Below, piece by piece: positions 50,382-61,935 of a DNA stretch of 64,000 nt. The notes under the pieces are model-generated. The model saw only the letters and a list, made by a program, of their open reading frames with translations, ran no database searches and was not told where the DNA came from. The first letter of the stretch is position 1. Each line of letters starts with the position of its first letter. The translations under genes were made by a program, and so were the position numbers. This stretch comes from Octopus sinensis (Eukaryota), in the NCBI RefSeq assembly GCF_006345805.1, contig NC_043004.1, positions 103,354,001 to 103,418,000 on the forward strand, read 5' to 3'.

Positions 50382-51837
50382 GTAAGTTACTGGGGTTTTT
50401 TCCCTTCTTGTATTTTGGTTTTCTTAAACTGTACAATCTGGGTATTGTACCAGGTTCAAGGTAAAAATCCGTTAAACTAAGCTTTTGACATTATTATTCA
50501 TGTAAATGCTACTCAGACTCAAAGGGTTTGTTTAAGGGCTAGTGTTTATCTCTGATTTTATGGGGCTAAGCAGATGTGGAATAACTCATCACTTTGATAG
50601 GGCACTAGTCCATTGACCAGTAACATTTCCAAAAGATTCAGCAAGAAAACGTAGGCTCTTATATCATCATTATCACTTTACATCTGCTTTCCATACTGGA
50701 ATGGCTTGGTTGGTTCAACAAGTTAGAGGACCATGGTTTGCTCCAGTGTCTCGGTTTGGGCTTCGTTTCTATGGCTGGATGCCTTTTCTAACATCAATCA
50801 CTTTACTTACATGTATCTATACACATATGGAATGGTTGGCGTTAGGAAGGGCATCCAGCTGTAGAAACCATGCCAAATGAGACTGAAACTTGGTGCAGCT
50901 CTCTGGCTTACCAGTTCCAGTCAATCCATCTAACCCATGCCAGCATGGAAAGCAGATGCTAAATGATGATGTTGTGTGTATGTATATAAAGAATTGATGG
51001 TATGGCTATGTGGTTAAGACATTTACTTCGTAACCACATGGTTTCAAGTTCAGTCCCACCATGCAGCCTCTTGGACAAGTGCCTTCTACCATCACACTGG
51101 CCAAACCAATGCCTTGTGATTGAATTTGGTGGACAGAAACAGTATTAAGCCCATCGTATGATTTATGTGTATGTGTGTTGTGAATGTGCAAAAATCTCAA
51201 TCAACACTTCACTTACCATCATGTGAGTATAGCGGTGCTGTTGCTGACAATCCTTGTCCGTATTATGACCAGTTTCCCTGCTCTTTCAAAGACCTGTAGG
51301 ATATAAATCTCTTACTTGACAAACGTGACAAGGGTTGGCAGCAGGAAGACCATTTAGCCAAAAAATACTGCCGCAAAATCAATTTCCTATCCAAGCCATA
51401 TTAAGATGGAAAACATGTTAAGTGAATGAATGAACAATTCGTAGTATTTACTTTTAATTCTCTTTTATATAATATTTGTGTTTGCTTCCATGTTTAATTT
51501 TTGAAATAAAACATAAACTTGTATTACTTACTTGATTCTAGATTAGTAGATTGGTCCTCAAAAAGAAGTCATGTGCACACATACACATGTATATATTACA
51601 CACACACACACACATATTCATATATGTATGTGTGTGTGTGATGATTGCGTCATCTTCACAGATGGATTGCCATCTCCTTACGCTTTTTTATTGTCTATAG
51701 CATTTCTAACTTAACCATCCTGTGACCTTTCAGATGACTACTGAGTCCCATTGCTGATCTGCATGGTTTGAAGCACAGGTGACTGACAAAGACAAAAGTT
51801 GTATGTTAGTGTGCACTTCCAACTGATTAGGTTTGCA

Positions 51838-51998
51838 CAGGAGTGGCTGTGTGGTAAGTAGCTTGCTTACCAACCACATGGTTCCGGGTTCAGTCCCACT
51901 ACGTGGCACCCTGGGCAAGTGTCTTCTACTATAGCCTCAGGCTGACCAAAGCCTTGTGAGTGGATTTGGTAGATGGAAACTGAAAGAAACCTGTTGTA

Positions 51999-52057
<59 letters not shown>

Positions 52058-52270
52058 GTATGTATGAGTGTGGGTGTGTATGTTTGTGTGTCTGTGTTTG
52101 TGCCCCAACGTCGCTTGACAACCGATGCTGGTGTGTTTACGTCCCCGTAACTTAGCGGTTCGTCAAAAGAGACCGATAGAATAAGTACTAGACTTACAAA
52201 GAATAAGTCCTGGAGTCGATTTTCTCGACTAAAGGCAGTGCTCCAGCATGGCCGCAGTCAAATGGCTGAA
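51838..52270 (+). mobile_element. SINE family A, full length
   Basis: Same consensus. Confidence 0.85.
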
Positions 52271-52644
52271 ACAAGTAAAAGAGAATAAAAAGTTACCATT
52301 GTTCTATTACCATTGGACTTTCAATAGATGAGGTCACCATAAAGGTACACCTGTGTGTCAGTGGATTATAATGATAGACACTTGTACAACATGGGTAGCA
52401 ATCTATGAGTCTCCACGATTAGTACTGTTGTCACAGCATCCATCTACAAAAGAGATACTCTAATATAAAAGATGCAGTTTCACGTGATTACTGGACATCT
52501 TGCTTTGGCATGTCTCTAGGTACTATATATTTACAGGTACGCAACTTAGTGCTGATGTTCTTCCACTTCAATCAAGATCAGTTGATAGATTTCATGTTTG
52601 CTATTTTTGTGTAAATATAATATCGTTTTGTGTTGTTTTGTCAG

Positions 52645-52713
52645 ATTGTTACAGAACTTGGCGGGATTGTTGGGACCAACTTTAATTACTGTACTCACCT
52701 CATCACTGACAAG
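52645..52713 (+). CDS. MDC1: MDC1 coding exon 15 (IVTELGGIVGTNFNYCTHLITDK)
   Basis: tgtcag / gtaata. BRCT LGG and THL motifs. Confidence 0.93.
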
Positions 52714-52848
52714 GTAATATTGATTTCTCTTTGGTTTTATTAATAATTTCTTTGTTAGTAAGATAATTTTTATTGGATTATTAAATTTCCTCCTTTTGAG
52801 ATGAACCATTTCCTTTAATATATACATGTATATATGTATATACATGTA

Positions 52849-52877
<29 letters not shown>

Positions 52878-52879
<2 letters not shown>

Positions 52880-53010
52880 TTATTTTATAGAAGGAGCTTC
52901 TACAGGACTAGAACTGTTTCATTCAAATGAAATCATCAGCAGAGCTTCCTGATGATTTCATTTGAATGAAACAGTACTAGTCCTGTAGAAGCTCCTTCTA
53001 TAAAATAAAT
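52878..53010. mobile_element. 62-bp near-perfect inverted repeat with two opposed hammerhead cores, probably Penelope-like element derived
   Basis: Arms 52878-52939 and 52949-53010, one mismatch, 9-nt spacer. Confidence 0.75.
52942..52994 (+). ncRNA. Type I hammerhead ribozyme motif, sense to the MDC1 pre-mRNA
   Basis: Stem I GAGCTTC/GAAGCTC, core CTGATGA, stem II T-TTC(ATTT)GAA-T, GAAA, stem III CAG/CTG, GTA cleavage triplet. Confidence 0.72.
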
Positions 53011-53099
53011 TAATTTACTCTGCAATGTATTGAGTACCTTATTTACTGTGGTTAACCCCAACTCAACCCGGGACCTACATATATATATATATACACACA

Positions 53100-53297
53100 C
53101 TCACGGAGTGGCCTACACTCACAGAGTACACTACACTCACGGAGTGGTTGGCGTTAGGAAGGGCATCCAGCTGTAGAAACACTGCCAGATCTGACTGGGC
53201 CTGGTGCGGCCTTCAGGCTTCCCAGACCCCAGTTGAACCGTCCAACCCATGCTAGCATGGAAAGCGGACGTTAAACGATGATGATGATGATGATGAT
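53100..53297 (+). mobile_element. RTE tail copy
   Basis: Same tail. Confidence 0.85.
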
Positions 53298-54149
53298 ATA
53301 TATATACACATCTACATCTATACAACATTTAAATCACTTTGCTCTCTGATGATCATGAGGTGTAATAGTGTTAGGTATGGATATCATATGGAGGACAAGG
53401 TTGATTTTAAACCACCTGAAGAGAAAAGGAGCATATCAGATGACAGGAAAGAAAGGCTTGACAAAATTAACCTCATCCTCCTCCAACATTACCATACAGT
53501 CAATGCCGTTGACTCTTCTATGCAAGAATTGGTCTACAGTCATCAGTGCTATCACCATAAAGAAAGTGTTCAGCAAAGAAAACTGTAAACCTCAGATATG
53601 AGATAAAGATGCCACCACCAACGGACTTCTTACCAAATTGGATTCAATCTAGGAACCTTTTGTGTTTTAATGACGAGGTATATTTTAACCACTAGTCACT
53701 GACATTATAACCTTTAATTTAGAAGTAATCCTTTCTACTAAGGCACAAGGTTTGAAATTTGGTGGGAGAGGGTTGCTTGATTGCATCAAGACATTTCTCC
53801 ACAGTGCCACTCTGTGGGATTGAACCCTGACCACATGGCTGCCAAGTGAGCTTCTTAACCACAGAGCCATGCATGCATTATGATATTCTCTGTGAAGTGA
53901 GTTTCTAGAAAGTTGAGTTGCATCTGGTATGTTGCGTGTAATTGGTGGTTGTCAGTGGAGTTGATTACTAGTCTTCCTGGCTGTAAAAAGATGACAAATT
54001 GCAAAGCGTTACTTTATCAGTAATACTAAAGACGATAATATAAAGCCTCCCTGCATTTGTGTTAGTAGCCTGGTTTCAATCTGGTCTTCTAGTCTAGTAC
54101 TGTGTATGCATTTAGTTATATATCGAAATCGGAATTGAAATTGAACCAA

Positions 54150-54510
54150 TCCTATGACTGGCACCCGGCAGATGCCAGGACCCCTGGACTGGTGGCACGT
54201 AAAAAGCACCATCCGAATCATGGCCGATGCCAGTGTCGCCTCGACTGGCTTCCGTGCCGGTGGCACGTAAAATGCACCAAGCCGACCGTGGCTGTTGCCA
54301 GCCTAGCCTGGCACCTTTGCAGGTGGCACGTAAAAAGCACCCACTACACTGAAGGAGTGGTTGGCGTTAGGAAGGGCATCCAGCTGTAGAAACATTGCCA
54401 GATAAGACTGGAGCCTGGTGCAGCCTTCTGGCTTCCCAGATCCCCGGTTGAACTGTCCAACCCATGCTAGCATGGAGAACGGACGTTAAACAATGATGAT
54501 GATGATGATG
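54150..54510 (+). mobile_element. RTE 3'UTR/tail copy
   Basis: Same tail. Confidence 0.82.
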
Positions 54511-54745
54511 ATACAAAAATGATCAGAAATCAAACTGATAGATGTAGTATTGATATATTTTTTTAAGATATTCATCTCTAAAGATGAAGTTAATAATCTG
54601 AACAGTTATAATCTAATAACAATAAACCCATGTCAAACGTTCAAGTATTTATTCCTCTTCCTGATGTTATTATACAATGGCCAACATAACCTCTAGCTCA
54701 AGAAAAGACACAAAATCTTCAGATCTGTCTACGATTCTTTTTCAG

Positions 54746-54845
54746 GTCCGCCGAACTGTGAAATTCTTGTGTTGCCTGGCACGTGGTATTCCAATCATCT
54801 CATTATCTTGGTTGATTAAATGCAAATCTGCCAAGACGTTCATTG
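54746..54845 (+). CDS. MDC1: MDC1 coding exon 16 (VRRTVKFLCCLARGIPIISLSWLIKCKSAKTFI)
   Basis: tttcag / gtaagt. Phosphopeptide-binding RRTVK motif. Confidence 0.95.
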
Positions 54846-55859
54846 GTAAGTCCCTGTCAAGTTTTTTTTTTCTTCCCTGAAGGTCACAGTCTCTTTCAGT
54901 ATCACAGACTAGCATTGAAGAAGATTGTCCAAAGTTAGTGAGGACTGTTGATGGAGTTACAAGAAATATTTTACAGCGAACTAAAAGCACTAGTGCTGGT
55001 GCCACATAAAAAGCACTGATGATGGTGCCACATAAAAAGTACTGGAGATGGTGCTCCGTAAAAAGCACTGCAGATGGTGCCCCGTAAAAAGCACCCAGTA
55101 TGCTTTAAAGTGGTTAGCATCAGGAAGGGCATCCAGCTGTAGAAACCATGTCAAAACTGACTATGGTACCTGGTGCAACTTTTGGCCTTGCCATCCATGT
55201 CAGCATAGACAAAGGATGTTAAATGGTGATAATGCTGACAACTAATTAAAGAGAGTTTTTTTTGTTTTTTTTCTCTAATGGATTCTTGACAAGGATTTCA
55301 CTCAGATCTTTTACTTCTTTAGTTGGTGCACACTTAAATAATTCTAGTATCAATGCCACAACAATGCCTTCCTTCAACCTTGATCAGTTAAGCATTCCAC
55401 CCACGACCATCTCATCTTTTTGTGTTATATTTATTTAATGTTTCCATATATTTTTAAGAAAGGAAAGTGTGATTAGAATTAGAAGGAAATAATTGAAAAA
55501 AATGATGTTAGTATGTTCGGTGCATCTGATTGGTGATCTGTGATTATAGATAGAGTATTTGATTTGCTGATGATGAACATTTAACCTGGTTCTAGGTAGT
55601 TTCACCCTCTGAACCAGCTGGATATGTGTGAGAGAACCCGGTAGAGTAGTAAATAATGGAGTGATCAAATGAACAGAAGAAGGGTTTCTTTCATTTTGTG
55701 TGGTCGAGGCTGTATTTTGGTAGCAATGCTGCAACACTGCCCACTGAATCAAAACATTGAAAGTTAGTTCTTGGCATTGCCCTGGCACATCACCATTTCT
55801 GGTGCCAGCCTCACGGCAGTGATGTAAGAGCTAGGTCCGGGTGTGAGAGTTTCGAGAAT

Positions 55860-56355
55860 AATACTAAGATATGCCTGATGACAGCAACGCCTGACTGGCA
55901 CCTGTGCCAGTGGAACGTTAAAAGCACCATCTAAGCATGATCGTTGCCAGGGCCGCTGACTGGCTCCCGTGCCAGTGGCACATAAAAAGCACCATTCGAG
56001 CGTGATTGTTACCAGCATCGCCTCACTGGCACTTGTGCTGGTGGCACGTGAAAAACAACATTTGAGTGAGGTCGTTGCCAGTGCTGCTGGACTGGCTCCT
56101 GTGCAGGTGGTACATAAAATCACCATTTGAGTGTAGCCATTGCCAGTACCGCCTGACTGGCCCTTGTGCTGGTGACACGTAAAAGCACCCACTACACTCA
56201 GAGTGGTCGGCGCTAGGAAGGGCATCCAGCTGTAGAAACTCTGCCAGATCAGACTGGAGCCTGGTGCAGCCATCTGGTTCGCCAGTCCTCAGTCAAACCG
56301 TCCAACCCATGCCAGCATGGAAAGCGGACGTTAAACGATGATGATGATGATGATG
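55860..56355 (+). mobile_element. RTE 3'UTR/tail copy with tandem subunits
   Basis: Same tail. Confidence 0.82.
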
Positions 56356-56652
56356 ATTAATGGTTCAAGAAAGCAGGTGTTCAACCAGCATAATTGGGGT
56401 GTCATTTTGTTAGACAGTGGAATAAATGTATGATAGAGAAATGAAATGGGCATGTCTTTTTTTGGAGTGGGGCGAGAGTGCTGAAATATTTTCCGTTAAC
56501 TAAACAGCCTTGCATGTGTTATGTAATTTACGAAATTATCACATCTTCCATTGTTTTACTCATGCTGTCAGAACTTTGTTAAAATTCTACAACAACACCT
56601 TGTTATGTATATATCAGTTATTGTATCTTACTTTGTAAAAATTGTATCACAG

Positions 56653-56808
56653 ATTACGCTCCATATATTTTATCGGATTCTGATGCTGAAAAACAATACA
56701 GTTTCTCCTTAAGCCAGTCTCTTGAACTTGCTCGAAGTTTGTCACCACTAAAGGGATACAAGATACATGTTACCAAATCTGTTAAACCTAGTGCTGAACA
56801 GATGAAAG
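56653..56808 (+). CDS. MDC1: MDC1 coding exon 17, BRCT linker and BRCT2 start (DYAPYILSD...HVTKSVKPSAEQMK)
   Basis: tcacag / gtaaat, phase 1-1. Confidence 0.93.
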
Positions 56809-57767
56809 GTAAATAATTTAACAACTTTATCTACCTAATGTAAGTCAAATAAATACAGTTAAACATCACATATTTATGATTTTTCCAACCTCTATCTTTT
56901 TTTATTCTAACTATATTAACCCCATCATTTATTCCAGTCTATGAGGAACAAGAAAGAAGAACCTTATAGACATAGTCACATTCCTTCATAAAAGCATAAA
57001 ACAATATGTATAATATGTAATTTATAAAATAATATAACAGCCATCTATGCATCTCTATGTGATATATAATTTATAAAATAACTTGACAGCCTCTGATAAA
57101 TAATTTGTTAATATGACAGCTATCCATATATCACTCTATAGTCTAATCTTTTACCAGTTTCACTCATTGGACTGTTTGTTGAACTAAGTTACAGAACAAA
57201 GAGACGGAGCGTGAACAAAAACACCAGATTTTAGCATTAAGAAGGGTATCCAGCCAGAGCTGACCCTGGAACTCAGCACAACCCTGTGGCTTGCCAGGTT
57301 TTATCAAACCGTCCAACACATGCCAGCAGAGAAAATGGATGTTAAATGATGATGATAATATATATATATAGTCATCATCTTTTTATTGTCTGTTTGCTAT
57401 GCTGGCATGGGTTGAATGGCTTGGCAGTAACTTACTAACCAGAGGCCTGTATTGGCCTCTTGTATCTGCTTTGCCAAGGTTTTTAAGCTAGATACCCTTC
57501 CTAATGCCAACTGAGTAGTTTTTATATGGCACCAGCATTAGACCCCCTTCTACTGAATTGGAGTAGGGTATTGAGAGAGGTAGTTAGAAAGGAAAGAGGG
57601 TGGTGGTGAAAATGTGTATAGTTTATGCTAGAACATAATATATCTATGAATGATAATGTGTTTTGTCCTTCACAAAACATTATGTGGTTCATGTAATGAC
57701 TTAATCATTATCTTATTGTAATATATTATTATAAAGCTTTTTTCTTTCCTTTTTTTTTTTACAACAG

Positions 57768-57793
57768 AAATTATTGAGAGTTGCAAAGCCAAG
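57768..57793 (+). CDS. MDC1: MDC1 coding exon 18, 26-nt microexon (EIIESCKAK)
   Basis: T tract plus caacag / gtaatt. Corresponds to the BRCT2 helix EII.CCGG position. Confidence 0.9.
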
Positions 57794-58687
57794 GTAATTT
57801 ATAAAATATTTCTATCTAAAATTGAAAGTAGATATTTTTATATATGAAAGGGATTCGTATTTTTCTCTGCTAATCATACCTGTTTTCTTTGCTCTTTCGA
57901 TTAAATCTTTGTCTTCATTCTACTTTATTCTCCAAATTAGCTTTGTAGTTATCTCCCCTTCACACAATGTCATTTACGTTGATTTATTTTAATGTGAATA
58001 TGAAAATCCGGGAATATTTCAATGTAAATTTGAGTGTATTTTTGTTTCGTGCATCAATTCATCGGTCACACACACTAAACAAGGAACACAGAAGACCTTT
58101 GTTGATATCAGTGCTTTGTGTAATGTACACATTTCATGAGATTGGCAATCTCATGAAATCTGTTGTCATCATCATCATCATCATCATTTAAGATTGTCTG
58201 AGATAGGAGTTGAGTATGAAACCAATCTATTGCACCGTTCTGCACATCTTTGGAATTGTATACACACACTCAGAACAAGCTGCCATCTACCAAATTCTTC
58301 TAAGTCTTTATTCAGCCAGTGTTATAACACAAGACACTTGTTTAAGATACCAAGCAATAGAATTGAACCTGGAACCACTTGGTTGTGAAGCAGACTTCTT
58401 AACCAACACAGCCATGTCTTAGCAAACTAGCACTACTGTGAAAAGTAACCTTCTTAACCAGTAAACTAAGTCATTTTATATATCTACTTCAACCATAGCT
58501 TAGGTACCCATGGAAACATTAAATATGCACAGACTCTAACCAACCACCCTTATAAACCTCCCACTCTCTCTCTCTCTTGTACAGACCTTCCCAAACTATT
58601 AAAAGTTGAATATGTAACTAAAGGTATAACTAGAACTATAGTGGTGATGATGATGATGATGTGAAATATTTCTGTCATATCTTGCAG

Positions 58688-58848
58688 TTTTTAGTAAAAC
58701 TTCCCACAGAGTTTAAAGAAGAAACCATTGTGATTTCCTGTGAAGATGACAAGTCTTCGTGTGAGAAAGCCATCCAAGCTGGCATCCCAATAGTGGAAGC
58801 TGAGTTCCTGTTGACTGGAATACTGCAACAAGATTTAACAATAGACAA
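58688..58848 (+). CDS. MDC1: MDC1 coding exon 19, BRCT2 end (FLVKLP...EFLLTGILQQDLTID)
   Basis: ttgcag acceptor. Ends at U12 donor ATATCCTTT, phase 2. Confidence 0.92.
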
Positions 58849-59189
58849 ATATCCTTTCTTGCAACATTTTATATGTATGTTTTTTGTTTGTTCAATTTTA
58901 TGTTGAATTTTTTTGCCTCTTGGCTTGGTCAGACAAGACTTGTTGGAACAGGTTATCTAAGACCAGATGTTCTTCCCGTCACCGACCCATATCTGTTTCC
59001 CAAGTAAATATGTATGGTTGGTGTTAGGAAGGGCATCCAGCCGTAAAACCCTTGCCAAAACAATCACAGAAGTCTGTTGCAGTCTTTGGCTTGGCCAGCT
59101 CTTGTGGAACCATCCCACCCATGCTAGCATGGAAGATGGATGTTAAACGATGATGATGATGTGTGGGTGGGTGTTAGAACCTGTATTGA

Positions 59190-59856
59190 CCCTTTAGTAT
59201 TCAGATTTCGGTCAAGTGTGATGCTTATTTATTTACATTCTTTTGAAGTAACACGCCAGGCGAAATGCTTAATGGTATTTTGTTTATCAGGGCGGCAAGC
59301 TGGCAGAAACGTTAGCGTGCCGGCGAAATGCTTCACGGTATTTTGGCTGCCGTTACATTGTGACTTCAAATTCCACCGAGGTCGACTTTGCCTTTCATCC
59401 TTTCGGGGTCGATAAATTAAGTACCAGTTACGCACTGGGGTCGATATAATCGACTTAATACCTATGTCTGTCCTTGTTTGTCCCCTCTATGTTTAGCCCC
59501 TTGTGGGTAATAAAGAAATAGGTATTTTGTTTATCTTTAAGTTCTGAGTTCAAATTCTGTCAAGGTCGACTTTGCCTGTCATCCTTTTGGGGTTGATGAA
59601 TTAAGTACCAGTTGCATACTGGGCTTGATCTCATCGACTGGCCCCTTCCCCCAAAATTTTAGGCATTGTACCAAGAGTAGAAAAGATTCTTTTGAATTAA
59701 TTCATGCATTATCTCGTAACTTCATGGTTTCAATGATGTGATTATTTATTTTTAGAATAACATTGTAGGATAAGTGAGAGAGGTCAAATCTGGCCAATTT
59801 GAACATAATCCAGGTAGAATATTTGAACCGAATACGGCTATTTTAAATTCAAAGGG
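59190..59856. mobile_element. piggyBac-type MITE interrupted by SINE-B copies
   Basis: CCCTTT start and AAAGGG end. Body resumes near 59690. Confidence 0.6.
59232..59682 (+). mobile_element. Tandem SINE-B copies
   Basis: Duplicated head, full copy 59291-59521, second partial copy. Confidence 0.8.
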
Positions 59857-61838
59857 TTTAGTGAGAGTGAGTGTGTGGTGTGTAAAGTCTTTGTGTCTTT
59901 TTTGGCTCACCATTCTGTAGAATTTAGCACATGAGAGAAGAATCTACTTGTAATTCGGACATCGGTTTATTACATGTAACATTAACTGGTGAATTTTGGA
60001 AAGCAAGTTGGAAAGTCCTGTCCAGCGAGAGAGAGAGCCAAAATATCTCACTGTTTTTATTAATGCCCTTAAGAAAGGTCTAAATGTCACTCAGCATCAT
60101 CATCATTTAACATCTGTCTCACATGCTGGGGTGATTTTGGGGGTTCAACAGGAGCTAGTAAGCCAGAGGACTGTGTCAGGATCCGTTGTCAACCTTGGCA
60201 TGGTTTCTACAGCTGGATGTCCTTCCTAATACTGACTACTTTGCAGAATACACTGGGTGCTTTTTACATGCTACCAGCACTGGTAGGTCACTAACTTGCA
60301 GGACAAAGACACCCTCAACTGAGAGGGGGAGTAGTAGTATTGAGGGTGGTGGCTTTGTGTCAAGTGACGGGAGGTTATTGACAGAAGCAGGTTTTTGCTG
60401 TCAAGCAGATACATGATTACCCCAGTTAAAGTGGGGGTAGGGAGAGAGAAAGAGAGATGGCTGTCATGTGCTAGGGCTTATCCTCAAGGTACATGGAGGT
60501 GAATGTAAATGAAGTGTTACTCTTGACAAAAGAAGCCTTAGTTTTATGTAAGTTAATGTTAAGATGCATATTGATCGTCAAATAGAATGCTTTGAGATAT
60601 TTGTTGCGGCTTTCTGTGCTCCAAGTTCAAGTCCTGTGGGTGTCAGTTTTGCTTTCTATTCCTTCAGGGTCAATAAGAAAAAAGGTATTCATTCTGGGCA
60701 GTAGATTGGCAGAATTTAGGGGATTATGTGCAGTCATGGCTGTAAAGATACACACATATAGATATAGACATATATGTATACTGTATTTTAATGTGTATAA
60801 GGAACCCCCTAATTTGGGGGGCTTAAAATTTGGAAAAAAGGTTTTGTAAGGGATTATGATACTATCCATGTATAAGAAACTCCCATATTTTTTTAATCTA
60901 ATTTTTGGCTAACAAGGATTCCTTATACACATTAAAATATGGTGTATGTATCTATATACAATGAGTTCCTTTCAGTGTCTGTCTACCAAATCCATTCACA
61001 AGGCTTTGATCAGCCCTGGGTTGTAATAGCAGACACTTGCCCAAGGTGTCACACAGTGTGACTGAACTCAGAACCATGTGGTTGGGAAACAAACTTCTTA
61101 ACACATAGCCACACTTGCACCTGTATTTATCTATCATACATAGCACAGGCTTCTTTCAGTTTCCATTGACCAAATCCACTTTCAAGGCTTTGGTTGACCT
61201 GTGACAGTAGTTGAAGACATTTGCCAAAGGTGCTACATAATGGACTTCACCTGAAATCACGTGGTTAGAAAGTGTGTGTGGCTGCCTGGCTAAGATGTTT
61301 GCTTCAAAATTACATTGCAATGGGCTGACCAATGCAGTGTAAGTGAATTGGTTGCTGGAAATTAGTGTGTTTGTGTCTTAACATTTGTACTAGGAAAACC
61401 AAGTTCAAAGGACTTGGGGAAATATTGATTTCAAATTTCGACACAAGGCCAGCAATTATGGGGAAGGGGTAAGTCGGTTGTATCGCCCCCCCCCCAGTAC
61501 TCACCTAGTACTTATTTTATTGACCCTGAAAGGATAAAAGGCAAAGTTGAGTACAGTGGAGTTGGGGAAATATTAATTGCTAGGAAACAGATGTGGTTTG
61601 ACAACAAGAAGATCTTCTGGCTATAAAATATTTAAAAGAAGATCTCTCTGAACAAGTTTCTTCTTAAAAATGATGCTGGTGATGTATATATATATATGTG
61701 TTTTTAGCCAAATGTTACAGTTTCTAAACAAAAAAGAAAGTAGTCAATGCATGTTGCAGTGTTTATTTAAGATTTTGGATTGCTGGTTCAGTTTCATTTT
61801 CTATTTTATGTTGTTTAGTTGCCTTAACAGAACAGTAC

Positions 61839-61935
61839 ATATCAGATCTTTCATACATCATCAACCAGTGAAAAATTCAAACAGCCTGCTCCTACAGAGA
61901 AGAAATCCAGAACCACAAGAAAAAGCAAGAAATGA
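61839..61935 (+). CDS. MDC1: MDC1 coding exon 20, terminal (KYQIFHTSSTSEKFKQPAPTEKKSRTTRKSKK-stop)
   Basis: Follows U12 branch GCCTTAAC (61821-61828) and AC acceptor (61837-61838). In frame to TGA at 61933-61935. Confidence 0.82.

Larger units (their letters stand above)
58849..61838 (+). other. U12-type (minor spliceosome) AT-AC intron
   Basis: 5' ATATCCTTT, branch CCTTAAC ending 10 nt before the AC terminus, reading frame preserved. Confidence 0.85.
13538..61935 (+). other. MDC1: Gene span (ATG to stop): mediator of DNA damage checkpoint protein 1 orthologue, 20 coding exons, about 1496 aa
   Basis: Manual exon assembly with consistent phases. N-terminal MDLDITQAI resembles human MEDTQAI. 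FHA motifs GR..SxxH..S.N present. Tandem BRCT with VMFTG and DKVRRTVKFL..LARGIPI. Confidence 0.93.

Noticed and set aside
51733-51780. Exon-like segment (tttcag|ATG...cag|gtgact) in intron 14
   Set aside because: Stop in the required phase and no other support. At most a poison exon.
55501-55612. Box C/D snoRNA-like motif sets (ATGATGT..CTGA..GTGATTA..CTGA and ATGATGA..CTGA)
   Set aside because: Imperfect C box or too short a span, and no convincing rRNA-complementary guide recognised. A snoscan/Infernal run would settle it.
55540-55760. HECT-like peptide (TWF*VV...SNEQKKGFFHFVW)
   Set aside because: Multiple stops, wrong spacing between motifs, no continuing homology.
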